A stretch of 64,000 nt of DNA from a candidate division WOR-3 bacterium (GTDB lineage: Bacteria > Hydrothermota > Tepidihabitantia > Tepidihabitantales > Tepidihabitantaceae): positions 32,001-96,000 of the forward strand of contig CBFGIT010000001.1 of NCBI GenBank assembly GCA_965648905.1, in the 5' to 3' direction. Position 1 is the first letter of the stretch. Each line of letters opens with the position of its first letter. Under the pieces are notes generated by a model that did no database searches, was not told where the DNA came from, and was given only the letters and a program-made list of their open reading frames with translations. The position numbers were made by a program, and so were the translations under genes. Of this stretch, positions 35,257-45,162 are shown one piece after another.

Positions 35257-37605
35257 ATGCTCATACTGAAAAAACTCGTGCCCGTGCTCGGCCTGTTCCT
35301 GGGCAATCTGGCCCTGGCCCAGTTGACCGAACTGTCAGAAGAAGACAAGACCCTGTCGCCCTATTTCTTTGTCCAGAGCGACGACCCGTCAGTTGACCGA
35401 CTGCCGCTGCTCAAGACCGAAGCGACAGTTGACATCGCCGGCGTCATCGCCGATGTGAAAGTCACCCAGGTTTACAAGAACGACGGCAAGCGGCCGATTG
35501 AGGCAGTTTACACGTTCCCGGCCTCGACCCGCGCCGCAGTCTACGCCATGAAGATGACCATCGGTGACCGGACCATTGTTGCCCGGATCAAGGAACGTGA
35601 TGAGGCCCGCCTCGACTACGAAGCGGCCAGACAGCAGGGCAAGAGCGCCTCGCTCTTAGAGCAGCAGCGGCCCAACGTGTTCCAGATGAACGTGGCGAAT
35701 ATCATGCCCGGCGACTACATCAAAGTCGAGATGAGTTATACTGAGCTGCTCGTGCCTGTCTCCGGCGTGTATGAGTTTGTCTACCCGACCGTGGTTGGCC
35801 CGCGCTACAACGGCAAGGCCGGGTCCGAGTCGCACAAGCCAGAGCAGTGGGTCAAGAGTCCCTACACCCGCGAGGGCGACGCACCGAGCTACGAGTTCGG
35901 CCTGACGGTCAATATCGTGGCCGGGATGCCACTACAGGACGTCTCCTGCCCGACCCATAAGACAATGATTGCTTTCAACGGCTTGAATGAGGCGAGCGTG
36001 CGGCTCGACCCGTCAGAGAAAGCCGGCGGCAACCGCGACTTCATCCTGCGCTACCGACTCGCCAGCAGCGGAATCCAGACCGGCCTCTTGCTCTACCCGG
36101 GCAAGGACGAGCAGTTCTTCCTCCTTATGCTGCAGCCGCCCAAAAGGGTTGAGGTCAGCCAGATTCCAGCGCGCGAGTACATCTTCATACTCGACGTGTC
36201 CGGCTCGATGCACGGGTTCCCTTTAGACATCTCCAAGAAGCTGATGCGGAACCTGCTCTCCAACCTGCGGCCCAAAGACTGCTTCAACATCCTGTTCTTC
36301 TCCGGCGGCAACTTCGCACTTTCGGAAAAGTCGCTGCCTGCGACCGAGAAGAACGTTGCGGATGCGCTTGCGACAATCGAAAAGCAGCGGGGCAGCGGCG
36401 GAACTGAACTCTTGCCCGCGCTCAGGCACGCGCTGGCGCTGCCGCGTACTGAAGGCGCGTCGCGCACCGTGGTCATTGCCACCGACGGCTACGTGACGGT
36501 CGAAACCGAGGCGTTCGACCTGATTCGGGACAATCTGGACAAGGCCAACCTGTTTGCTTTCGGCATCGGCTCCAGCGTCAACCGGTACATCATCGAAGGC
36601 ATGGCCCATGTCGGAATGGGCGAGCCATTCATCATCGACAAGCCGGAACGAGCCGAGGCCCAGGCCGAGAAGTTCCGAGCGTACATCGAAACTCCGGTGC
36701 TCACCGGTATCGACATCGACTTCCCCGGATTCGACGCCTATGACGTCGAGCCGAAGACTGTTCCGGACGTGACTGCGGACCGGCCCATCATCGTCTTCGG
36801 CAAGTACCGCGGCAGAGCCTCGGGTGCAATTACGGTACGCGGCTGGGCTGGCAAGGGCGGATACTCTGAGGCCGTCAAAGTCACTGACTTCCCGCCGGAC
36901 AAGAGGAACGCGGCCTTGCGCTACCTCTGGGCGCGACACCGGATTCAGCTTCTTGCTGACTACAACAACCTCGACGAGGACAAAGAGCGGGCCAAGGAAG
37001 TCACCAGGCTTGGCCTTGAGTACAACCTGCTGACCCGATACACCTCGTTTGTTGCCATTGACCAGCAGGTGCGTAATGTCGGCGGTAGACCAGAAGTTGT
37101 GGAGCAGCCGCTGCCCATGCCCGAAGGCGTATCCGACTATGCAGTCAGTGGCCGTGGGGTTGCCGGGTACTCTGGTTTGTACAAAGTCGGACGTCCATTT
37201 CTCGGTTCCACCAGTGCGCCGACCAGTGGTGGAGCGCTCATGCCCGAACCTGAAGCCGCATCCCAGTCCCCGGTGCTGCGTGGTACAGTCCGGCTTGTCA
37301 AGCTCGAGGCAATTGGCGGTCGGTCCGAGCAGTCGGTCAAAGGCGTCATCGAGAAGAAGCTTGCGGACATCCGGGCCGCATACGTACAGGAGCTTGCGAC
37401 CGACCCAACGCTCGCGGGCAGGCTCGCGCTTGAGTTCACCATCGGGCCTGACGGCACGGTACGCGAAGCCAGGGCGGTGCGCAACGAACTGAGCCCCGGA
37501 CTTGAGCGCAAGGTGCTCGAACTCGTGAGAAGCCTTCGCTTCCAGAAGTTTCAGGGCCGCACTACAACCGTATCGCTGGCCCTTGATCTAAGGCCATGGC
37601 CATGA
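35257..37605 (+). CDS. secreted VIT + vWA protein with TonB-C/AgmX-like C-terminus
   Basis: VIT (IEAVYTFP, LLEQQRPNVF), MIDAS DVSGSM, TDGYV, FGIGSSVN, YTSFVAID; 'GRLALEFTIGPDGTV'. Confidence 0.9.
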   Translation: MLILKKLVPVLGLFLGNLALAQLTELSEEDKTLSPYFFVQSDDPSVDRLPLLKTEATVDIAGVIADVKVTQVYKNDGKRPIEAVYTFPASTRAAVYAMKMTIGDRTIVARIKERDEARLDYEAARQQGKSASLLEQQRPNVFQMNVANIMPGDYIKVEMSYTELLVPVSGVYEFVYPTVVGPRYNGKAGSESHKPEQWVKSPYTREGDAPSYEFGLTVNIVAGMPLQDVSCPTHKTMIAFNGLNEASVRLDPSEKAGGNRDFILRYRLASSGIQTGLLLYPGKDEQFFLLMLQPPKRVEVSQIPAREYIFILDVSGSMHGFPLDISKKLMRNLLSNLRPKDCFNILFFSGGNFALSEKSLPATEKNVADALATIEKQRGSGGTELLPALRHALALPRTEGASRTVVIATDGYVTVETEAFDLIRDNLDKANLFAFGIGSSVNRYIIEGMAHVGMGEPFIIDKPERAEAQAEKFRAYIETPVLTGIDIDFPGFDAYDVEPKTVPDVTADRPIIVFGKYRGRASGAITVRGWAGKGGYSEAVKVTDFPPDKRNAALRYLWARHRIQLLADYNNLDEDKERAKEVTRLGLEYNLLTRYTSFVAIDQQVRNVGGRPEVVEQPLPMPEGVSDYAVSGRGVAGYSGLYKVGRPFLGSTSAPTSGGALMPEPEAASQSPVLRGTVRLVKLEAIGGRSEQSVKGVIEKKLADIRAAYVQELATDPTLAGRLALEFTIGPDGTVREARAVRNELSPGLERKVLELVRSLRFQKFQGRTTTVSLALDLRPWP

Positions 37606-38144
37606 ACGGACCAGACACAAACGACCTGATTGTCGGGTTCTACTCAGGCGCGTGCCCTGATCATGCTGGCCGCACATTGGACCAGATTCTGGGCTGGGAC
37701 GATGAACGCCTGGAAGAAGTCCACGACTACATCCAGTGGCTCTTTCCCATGGAACAGCCCAGCCCGGTCAACCCATCTGCTCCAGTGGTTCGGGAGGGGA
37801 CCCGGCGTGCGTTCAAAACAAGCCCGCTCCTGCGCGACAACCTGTGTCGCGCCTGTGCGCGGATGCTTGCCTTCTACGGTCTTGAGTGCGACCACGATGC
37901 TCTGAGTCCAGATGTCGTGCCCGGAGAAGACTTCGCCGACAAGTCGGGCCACTGGATGCATCCCGGTAACCACAATCTGCTCCGGCTTACAAGGATTCTG
38001 ACCAGTCTGCGCCTGCTCGGCCGAAGTCAGTGCTCAAAGAGCATCCATGCATGCTTGTCCCGACTCGCTGCCGAACACCCCACGCGCATCCCGACTATGA
38101 CCTTGCGCTTCTGGGATAGCACCCAGTCAGCGCCCGAGCCGTAA
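37602..38144 (+). CDS. opioid growth factor receptor (OGFr_N)-like protein
   Basis: LE.VHDYIQWLFP, HNLLRLTRIL.SL. Confidence 0.85.
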   Translation: MNGPDTNDLIVGFYSGACPDHAGRTLDQILGWDDERLEEVHDYIQWLFPMEQPSPVNPSAPVVREGTRRAFKTSPLLRDNLCRACARMLAFYGLECDHDALSPDVVPGEDFADKSGHWMHPGNHNLLRLTRILTSLRLLGRSQCSKSIHACLSRLAAEHPTRIPTMTLRFWDSTQSAPEP

Positions 38145-38177
38145 GCTCCGGGTGACCCGGCGCGGTCTAGACCAAGA

Positions 38178-40028
38178 CTACAGCTTGACCAGCGTTACCG
38201 GACCTGGGCGAGCTGCTGAATCGACGCGGCGCACAACATAGGTGCCGGCAGGAAGTTCACTCAGGTCCAGCTCGATGCTGACGTCAGTTCCAGAACAGCC
38301 TACTGCCATGAGGAGCTGGCCGGCTATGTCGTAGATACCGAATGTCTTGCGGCCTGGCCCGGTCACGCGCAACAGAGCGCGCGACCCAGTGACCGGGTTG
38401 GGCCAAAGCGATAGCCGCTCCGGCCGAGTCGGGGCAGCCGGTGCTTCCACGCCGGGCACCGGACCAGCAATAACCAGCTTGCCATAAGCCGATGACGCAA
38501 GCAGGGAGTCTCCAGACAGCTCGGTCCGCCACCAGCCCGGCCAGGTACTGTCGCCGAGCATGCCGAGGAAAGCAACTCCAACCGTATCGCCGGTCGGGTC
38601 AATGTCCAGCTTGTACGGCAAAGTGCCGACGGGAACCGCGGCCTCGAACACAAGGCTTCCACCCGCCACGCTCACCGCAGCCTGTGAGCCCGCGACCGGC
38701 GAAGGCGGCCCCATGACACCGGCGCGGACATAGCGGTACAGGAGCTGGCTGACGCCCTGCTCGTTCACCAAGGCAAAGTAAGCGCCCTCGCTCATGTCAG
38801 CCGGCCACCGGCCGTCGTTGTTCTCATCGCAGAGCAGGACCACCTGGTCGAACGTGTCACGCCGATGCACTGCTGGCATCTCCGCGGCGATGTAGAGGTA
38901 AGCCGAATCGTGCACGGACCAGCCGCGGACACTGCCAGCCGGGAACGAAAGTCCGTAGACACCGCCGACATTGGAGGCGTCAAAGAAAGCTGCCTGGTCC
39001 CATTCATCCGGCATGAGCACGCCGTCAATCAACGGCGCCGGGCCCGCCGAGAATGAGGAACCGATAGTATCGGTCGAGACCATCAAGTGGGTTCGCATCG
39101 TGTCGTTACCCGGAACCTGGTCGCCAGGCAAACTGGTGAAGCACTCGACCTTGTATCCGGACCAGAGCTCGGCATTGGGAGTCCATGTGCCGGTGCACGT
39201 GACCACGGCCGAGTCAGAAGGCGCAATCGAGCCCAGGACCAGGTTCTCGCTGAATATCCGGTTGCCGGCTGAGTCGATGCGTACCGTTACCGGCACGTTG
39301 GTCTGGGCCGCAGTGCCGAGGTTCGCCACCAGGCAGCTCGGCGTAACCGGAATGCTGCTGTGGAGCCGACCGCCTGCAGGTGCGATGATGCGGCTGACGG
39401 CAACGTCGTTGGCCGGACGGGACAGAATGATGTCGTCGGCGAAGACCTTCGCCCAGGGCGTCCCTCAGCCGCCGCTGGTCCAGGCGTACAGCGCGACCCC
39501 GACCTTGCGCACCCGTGCACGGCTGACTCCGCGCAGATTCTGCGCCAGCTCGTCAGCCAGATTCATCTCGTACTGCTGCCAGCCCGGATTGGTCACTTCA
39601 ATCAGATGGAAGGTATCGGACGGGGCCCACGTGCAGTACTGGTTGTGGTAGTAGAAGTAGGTTTCACCCAGGACCGCGCCGGAAGAGTCAAGAAAACTGA
39701 CCATGATGCTTGCGACCGGCCAGCACGTGGACGAACCGCCACCCAGTTCGAATGCTGCCCAGAACGACAGGTCCATGGACAAAGTCGTGACCGGCACGAC
39801 CTGACGCAGAGCCAACCAGCCTGGCCCGGCGTAAAGGTAGCCTTGAGCTTCGTAGTCCGGGTCAGGATGGTAGGTGACGTCGCGGCCGAACGTGACCGTG
39901 CCGCTGCCGCCCTGTTCCTGATTCCAGCCCACGGTCAACTCCTGCTCAAAGTCACCGTTGGTGAGCAGATTCTGGGCTGGGGTCAGGCCCAGAGCGAGCA
40001 ACGAGCAGACGATTACTCGGGCAATCAT
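38178..40028 (-). CDS. secreted CTD protein (CBM-like + CARDB + CBM9-like) with in-frame TGA at codon 188; putative selenoprotein, 616 aa
   Basis: ORFs 39465-40028 and 38178-39329 share a frame and are joined by an open stretch after one TGA (39467-39465). Signal peptide lies only in the 5' part and the CTD only in the 3' part. Confidence 0.8.
39419..39464 (-). promoter_or_regulatory. bacterial SECIS-like element
   Basis: TGA + 11 nt + GGCGAA-GGTC-TTCGCC hairpin (39453-39438); lower stem GGGAC/GTCCC. Confidence 0.7.
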
Positions 40029-40091
40029 AGAACCTCCAGTAGCATCTCTAGGACTCTATGCCGGTCCGGTCGGAAGTCAACTGCGGAAGGT

Positions 40092-40664
40092 CTACTTCTT
40101 CTGGCTTCCTCGACCCGGTGCTTCGAGCGGTACGCCGCTCCGGCACAAGGGACACCGAGCCGGCTCAAAGGTCGCGACCGGCTGCCGATACGCGGCAAAG
40201 AACGGTACGCCGAAATCTACGCCCGTACTCCGGTCAATGTACACGCCGACGCCTGCGATATTGGTCGGGAACGACTGAAGCGCTTCCATGGTCTCCCTGA
40301 TTGACCCGCCTGTGGTCATGACATCATCAACCACGAGCACACGGTCGTGCGGCCCGACCTCGAACCCACGGCCAATCCTGCGGCCGGTCTCAGCCTTTTC
40401 CGCAATAATCGAGCGGCAGCCAAGCTGACGGGCGACTTCGTAGGCGATGATGATGCCGCCGGTGGTCGGCCCGCAGACCACGGTGATGCCTGAGGCGCGG
40501 AAGTGCTCGGCGACCGAGCGGGCAAACTGCTCGCACACCGGCGGGTGCTCGAGAATCCGGAACTTCTCGAAGTACTTGTCCGAATGCCGACCCGAGGTCA
40601 GAAGAAAGTGACCCTCGCGCAGCACGCCATACCGCTTCATCGCCTCAATGAGTGCGTCACTCAC
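40092..40664 (-). CDS. pyrE: orotate phosphoribosyltransferase
   Basis: GHFLLTSGRHS..Y, VLVVDDVMTTGGS. Confidence 0.96.
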   Translation of the reverse strand: MSDALIEAMKRYGVLREGHFLLTSGRHSDKYFEKFRILEHPPVCEQFARSVAEHFRASGITVVCGPTTGGIIIAYEVARQLGCRSIIAEKAETGRRIGRGFEVGPHDRVLVVDDVMTTGGSIRETMEALQSFPTNIAGVGVYIDRSTGVDFGVPFFAAYRQPVATFEPARCPLCRSGVPLEAPGRGSQKK

Positions 40665-41358
40665 CTGCACCTCCGAGTTGTGCTCGAATCTCAGCCACTG
40701 CCTTGAGCGGGTCAGGCGCGTCGTAGACTGGTCGGCCCACGACGATATAGTCGGCTCCGGCCCGGGTTGCCTGGGCCGGAGTCATGGTCCGCGCTTGGTC
40801 GTCCTTGCCGCCACCAAGCCTGATGCCCGGGGTGACAATCTTGAAGCCCGGCCCACACGCGTCGCGTACCACGCCAATCTCATGCGGCGAGCAAACCGCA
40901 CCGTCACAGCCTGACTCGTAGGCCAGCCGCGCCAGCGCCCGCACCCGCTCTTCAACCGACTGCCGACAGCCGGTTACCTGTTCAAGCTCATTTGCGTCAA
41001 GGCTCGTGAGCACGGTCACGCCCAGAATCAGGGGTCGCTTGTCGCCAAACTCGGCTGATGCTCGTGCCGCCTCAGCCATCATCTTCGCACCACCAAAGGC
41101 ATGGACAGTCAGCAGTCGCACGCCCATCTCACCCGCAGCCCGGACTGCGCTGCCGACCACGGACGGAATGTCGTGGAACTTCAGGTCAAGGAACACCTCG
41201 ACCCCGGTGGCTGCGAACTTCCTGATGAACTCGGGCCCGCCCCGGCCGAAAAGGTCCATCTGCAGTTTGTAGCAGTCAACGCTCCGGCCAAGTCGGCGTA
41301 GCCATTCGAGAGCCTTGTCAGTGTCAGCAAGGTTCAGAGCCAGTGCCAGCTTGGTCAT
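40657..41358 (-). CDS. pyrF: orotidine-5'-phosphate decarboxylase
   Basis: FLDLKFHDIP, VTVLTS, VTPGIR, IVVGRP. Confidence 0.96.
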   Translation of the reverse strand: MTKLALALNLADTDKALEWLRRLGRSVDCYKLQMDLFGRGGPEFIRKFAATGVEVFLDLKFHDIPSVVGSAVRAAGEMGVRLLTVHAFGGAKMMAEAARASAEFGDKRPLILGVTVLTSLDANELEQVTGCRQSVEERVRALARLAYESGCDGAVCSPHEIGVVRDACGPGFKIVTPGIRLGGGKDDQARTMTPAQATRAGADYIVVGRPVYDAPDPLKAVAEIRAQLGGAGE

Positions 41359-42209
41359 CAGTGTATTCTCCTGTCTGCGAGGTCTGCAACAACCGACAAT
41401 GCCACGTGCGGGTTGACCAGGCTCGCAGTCCCGACCTGCACCATCTGCGCACCGGCACGCAGGAAGTCCTGCGCATCCCGGCCGCACATGATTCCGCCAC
41501 AACCGATGACCGGAATCTTCACCGCGCGGCTGACCCGGTCAACGCAGTACAGGGCGAACGGCTTGAGCGCGGGCCCGGAAATGCCGCCGGTCCGGCCGCC
41601 GAGAAAAGCCCGGCCCGAATCGTCCATGGCCATGCCGAACAGAGTATTGATCACCGTCACCGCATCGGCTCCGGCCGACTCGGCCGCACGCGCGGTCTCA
41701 GCCGGGTCAACGAAGTTGGCAGTGAGCTTGACGATAATGGTTTTCTCAGTTGCCCTGCGTGCGCGCCGCGTTATCTGTTCGACCAGTTTCGGGCTCTGGC
41801 CGAACGCTGCGCCGCCTTCGTTCACGTTGGGACACGAGACGTTCAGCTCAATCGCATCGACCCGCTCATGGTCCAGTCCGAGTACCAGCTCACGGTACTC
41901 GTCGACTGTGAAACCGGCAACGTTCACCACCACGCGACACTTGAGCCGGCCCAGTGACGGCAGGACACTATCCCGGAACGTCTGAAGTCCTGGGTTCTCA
42001 AGTCCGACCGAGTTGATGATTCCGCCCGGGAACTCATAGATTCTGGGCGGTGGATTGCCCGGCCGTGGCTCAAGTGTTATGCCTTTGGTGACCACGCCGC
42101 CGAGCCGGTTCGCAACAAAAGGGAACTGCAGGCCAAAGCCGAACGTGCCCGAGGCAGCCAGCACCGGGTTGGCGAATGTGGTCCGGCCGATGGTCACGCT
42201 GCGGGTCAC
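41358..42209 (-). CDS. pyrD: dihydroorotate dehydrogenase family 1B catalytic subunit
   Basis: NPVLAASGTFG, NSVGLENPG, ELNVSCPN, GGISGPALKP. Confidence 0.96.
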   Translation of the reverse strand: MTRSVTIGRTTFANPVLAASGTFGFGLQFPFVANRLGGVVTKGITLEPRPGNPPPRIYEFPGGIINSVGLENPGLQTFRDSVLPSLGRLKCRVVVNVAGFTVDEYRELVLGLDHERVDAIELNVSCPNVNEGGAAFGQSPKLVEQITRRARRATEKTIIVKLTANFVDPAETARAAESAGADAVTVINTLFGMAMDDSGRAFLGGRTGGISGPALKPFALYCVDRVSRAVKIPVIGCGGIMCGRDAQDFLRAGAQMVQVGTASLVNPHVALSVVADLADRRIH

Positions 42210-42925
42210 AGCTCAACCTCGTTCAGTTGCACGACCGGCCCTTGTTCGCAGAAGCGCACAAACCCGCCGCCCTTTTTGGGCAGGGCGCAGCAGTAGCAGA
42301 TGCCGGTACCACAGCCCATCCGTTCCTCGACAAATCCCCAGACCGAAACCGGGTCAACTCGTCTCACCAGGTCGGCAAGCATCGGTCTGGGCCCGCACGC
42401 GAAAACAACCGGTTGCGATATTTTCTTGATACCGGGTTCGGCCAGTTCGGTCACCGGCCCGGCATACCCTAGGCTGCCGTCGTCGGTCGCGACGCGGACC
42501 GGAACTTCAAGCGCACGGAAGTCGCGCACTAGTATCAGTTGCTTTCTGGTCCGCGCACCGAGGAACACCCGGACACGATTAGAATGTGCCGACTGCCGAC
42601 ACAAGAACAGCAGCGGTGCTGCGCCGACCCCACCGCCGACAAGAAAGACATCACGGCCCTCAAACATCGGGGCCGGCTTACCCAGAGGCCCGAGCACGTC
42701 AAGCTCACTTCCCTGACCCAACGTTGCCAAGGCTGCCGTACCCCGGCCCTTGACCTGAAACACAAGCCGCAATCGGTCCTGTTCGACATCAGCCACGGAA
42801 ATCGGCCGCCGGAGCAAAGGGTCCGGGCCGGCCGACACCTTCACGTTGAGGAACTGCCCGGGCCTCACCCTGCGGGCGAGGTGCGGCTCTCTTATCCAGA
42901 ACGAAAAAATGCCCGCGGCGAGCAT
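42206..42925 (-). CDS. pyrK: dihydroorotate dehydrogenase electron transfer subunit
   Basis: PGQF, LRRPISV, GGGVG, CGP, EERMGCGTGICYCC...C..GPV. Confidence 0.95.
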   Translation of the reverse strand: MLAAGIFSFWIREPHLARRVRPGQFLNVKVSAGPDPLLRRPISVADVEQDRLRLVFQVKGRGTAALATLGQGSELDVLGPLGKPAPMFEGRDVFLVGGGVGAAPLLFLCRQSAHSNRVRVFLGARTRKQLILVRDFRALEVPVRVATDDGSLGYAGPVTELAEPGIKKISQPVVFACGPRPMLADLVRRVDPVSVWGFVEERMGCGTGICYCCALPKKGGGFVRFCEQGPVVQLNEVEL

Positions 42926-42957
42926 GCGGGCGTCGACAATCCTCGCCTGATGCTGGC

Positions 42958-44982
42958 CTAGCGGGTGCGCGATTCCACCCTCCGGTCCAGCCAGTACTCC
43001 TCAGGTCCGGTCGAACGCAGGTCCTGCTTTCCTCGGCTCCGCACCGTGATGCGCGTCTCGGCGATACCGGCATCAACCAGATATTTCCTTACTGCCTGTG
43101 CCCGACGCAGCCCGAGCGCCATGTTGTACTCGTCTGTGCCGCGTGGGTCGCAGTGACCGACCAGTTCGACCCGGACGTCCGTGTTCGCTTTCAGGAACGC
43201 GACCAGTGCCTCGAGGCTGTCGGCCTCGCCGCGGATGGCCGCACTGTCGGTCTCGAAGTACGCAGCAATCCGGCGGCTCGTATCCGCTGACGGTCTCGCC
43301 ATTGTACTCTCGGCTTTGAGCTCGGAACTCGACGTCTGGGACACGGCAACCGCGGTGTCCGGCTGGGAGACCTGGGTTTGCGGTTCGGGCTTTGGTGTCC
43401 TGGGCTTCTGTTGCTCCTCGACCGGTTCGGGCATGAACTGGGCAGTGCCGGTTGCCTCATCCACGCGCTCACGCATCCGGTCGCGGCCGGGCATTTTCGG
43501 CCGGTGCGGGAACGCATCCGGCTCTCCGGGCACCAGTCCGGCGTGTTCCTCGATTTCCTCCAGTCTCTGTTCACGAGTCGCGGGCGTCTTGCCAGCCTGT
43601 GACGCCAGTTTCATGGTGTCGGCCCGGGTCGTGTCCGCTCGGGGCTCAGGCTTTTTCTTCTCCCGTTTGGGAACCGGCAGACCAAGCCAGGCCCTTGACG
43701 CATCAGCATACTCGGTCTCGGGAAACTCGGCGATGACCTTGCGCAGCAGTGGTTCGGTTCCAGAGGTGTCGTGCTTGACGTTGCGCAGAATCCACGCTTT
43801 CGCAAACAGCCCTTTGGCTGCCCACTCGGTACCGGGGAACGAATCGTAGACCTTCTGGTACAGCTCGATTGCTCCGTCATAGTCGCCAAGGTTCAGGTTG
43901 TGAACTTCGGCCAATAGAAACGCCGCCTCAGCCGGCTCACGCTTGCCCGCCTGCTGCTGAGTGAAGGCGTCGAGCAGGGAGAGGCGCTTGACCGCAAGCA
44001 CGCCGTAGTCGGAGTCGACCCGTCGCAGCCGGGCAGTGTCGTAGTAGGCTCGAGCCTTTTCGAACTCACTGCTCTCCTCGTAGTGCTTGCCGATACGGAA
44101 GTTCGCCTCAGCGCCTTTGTCATTAGCACCCCGCACCCTGGCCCAGGCGGCAATTGCCTCGCTCGGCCGGCCTGACCGGTCGTGCGACTTGCCCAGAATC
44201 AGGTTCGCCTCATCGTCGAGCTCGCTGTACCTGCCCAAGAGGTCCTGCACCTGCCCAATCGCCTCGTTGTACCGGCCCAGCTCATACCGGCAGGCCGCAA
44301 TCCTGAGTCGGGCAAGCGCCCGCTCTTTCGGGTCCTGAGCGAGGCGCACGTACCGCGTATACCACTCCTCGGCTTCGGCAAACCGACCGAGGTTCAGGCA
44401 GGCGTCGGCGAGCAGTTTCACCGCTTCGCGCCGGCGAACCGACTTCGGATACCGCTCGTAGAACCGGGCCAGTGAGTCAACCGCCTGTTCGGGCTCGTCC
44501 CGGTCCAGAAACGACCGGGCCAGGGCGAAAGCTGCCGCGTCGGCCAGGCGCCGATGCCGGGCCCTGACTTCGTCGAGGCGGACACGGGCCGGGCCGTACT
44601 GCTTGTCGGCAAGCAACGCAAGCCCATAGTGAAGCTCGGCCTCCGGCACCAGCCCGGAACCGGAAAAAGCCAGGCTCAACTGGTCGAAGTGACGTATTGC
44701 CTTCGAGTAAGCTCCCTGCTGGTAGTAGCTCATGCCGATAAGAAAGAGCGCATCGTCGGCCCAGCGCGAGCGGGGCCAGCGCTTCAAGACCAGGGCGGAC
44801 TTCTCGATTGCCTTCTCGAATTTGGCTTTGGCCTGAGTGTTCTGTTCTGCCGCTTTCAGCTTCAGCCCGTCCCGGTAGCAGCCCTGGGCATTGTAGAAAG
44901 TGTTGAAATAGGCGCAGGAGGAAACCAGCGCCAGCGACAGCGGCAGCAGTCGCAGAAAAATGGTCCGGGGAAAACTGGTCAA
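42958..44982 (-). CDS. TPR lipoprotein with C-terminal OmpA/Pal peptidoglycan-binding domain
   Basis: Lipobox VSSC-AYFNTFYNA; many TPRs; GHCD.RGT.EYN.ALG.RRA..V, DRRVE. Confidence 0.88.
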   Translation of the reverse strand: MTSFPRTIFLRLLPLSLALVSSCAYFNTFYNAQGCYRDGLKLKAAEQNTQAKAKFEKAIEKSALVLKRWPRSRWADDALFLIGMSYYQQGAYSKAIRHFDQLSLAFSGSGLVPEAELHYGLALLADKQYGPARVRLDEVRARHRRLADAAAFALARSFLDRDEPEQAVDSLARFYERYPKSVRRREAVKLLADACLNLGRFAEAEEWYTRYVRLAQDPKERALARLRIAACRYELGRYNEAIGQVQDLLGRYSELDDEANLILGKSHDRSGRPSEAIAAWARVRGANDKGAEANFRIGKHYEESSEFEKARAYYDTARLRRVDSDYGVLAVKRLSLLDAFTQQQAGKREPAEAAFLLAEVHNLNLGDYDGAIELYQKVYDSFPGTEWAAKGLFAKAWILRNVKHDTSGTEPLLRKVIAEFPETEYADASRAWLGLPVPKREKKKPEPRADTTRADTMKLASQAGKTPATREQRLEEIEEHAGLVPGEPDAFPHRPKMPGRDRMRERVDEATGTAQFMPEPVEEQQKPRTPKPEPQTQVSQPDTAVAVSQTSSSELKAESTMARPSADTSRRIAAYFETDSAAIRGEADSLEALVAFLKANTDVRVELVGHCDPRGTDEYNMALGLRRAQAVRKYLVDAGIAETRITVRSRGKQDLRSTGPEEYWLDRRVESRTR

Positions 44983-45162
44983 ACTGCTCTCGTGGTAAAG
45001 TTATACCGGAACTGTCTGGTGAGTCAAGGGACACTGTCCTGGCGTCCAGCCTGGGAAGTCGCATCCGGGTCGGTTTGACTCCGCCCTTGCGCCGTCTTAC
45101 AATACTAGCCTGTGCGTTGTTGACGGTCGACCCAGTCTAGAAACGACGCCAAAGGAGTCTAC

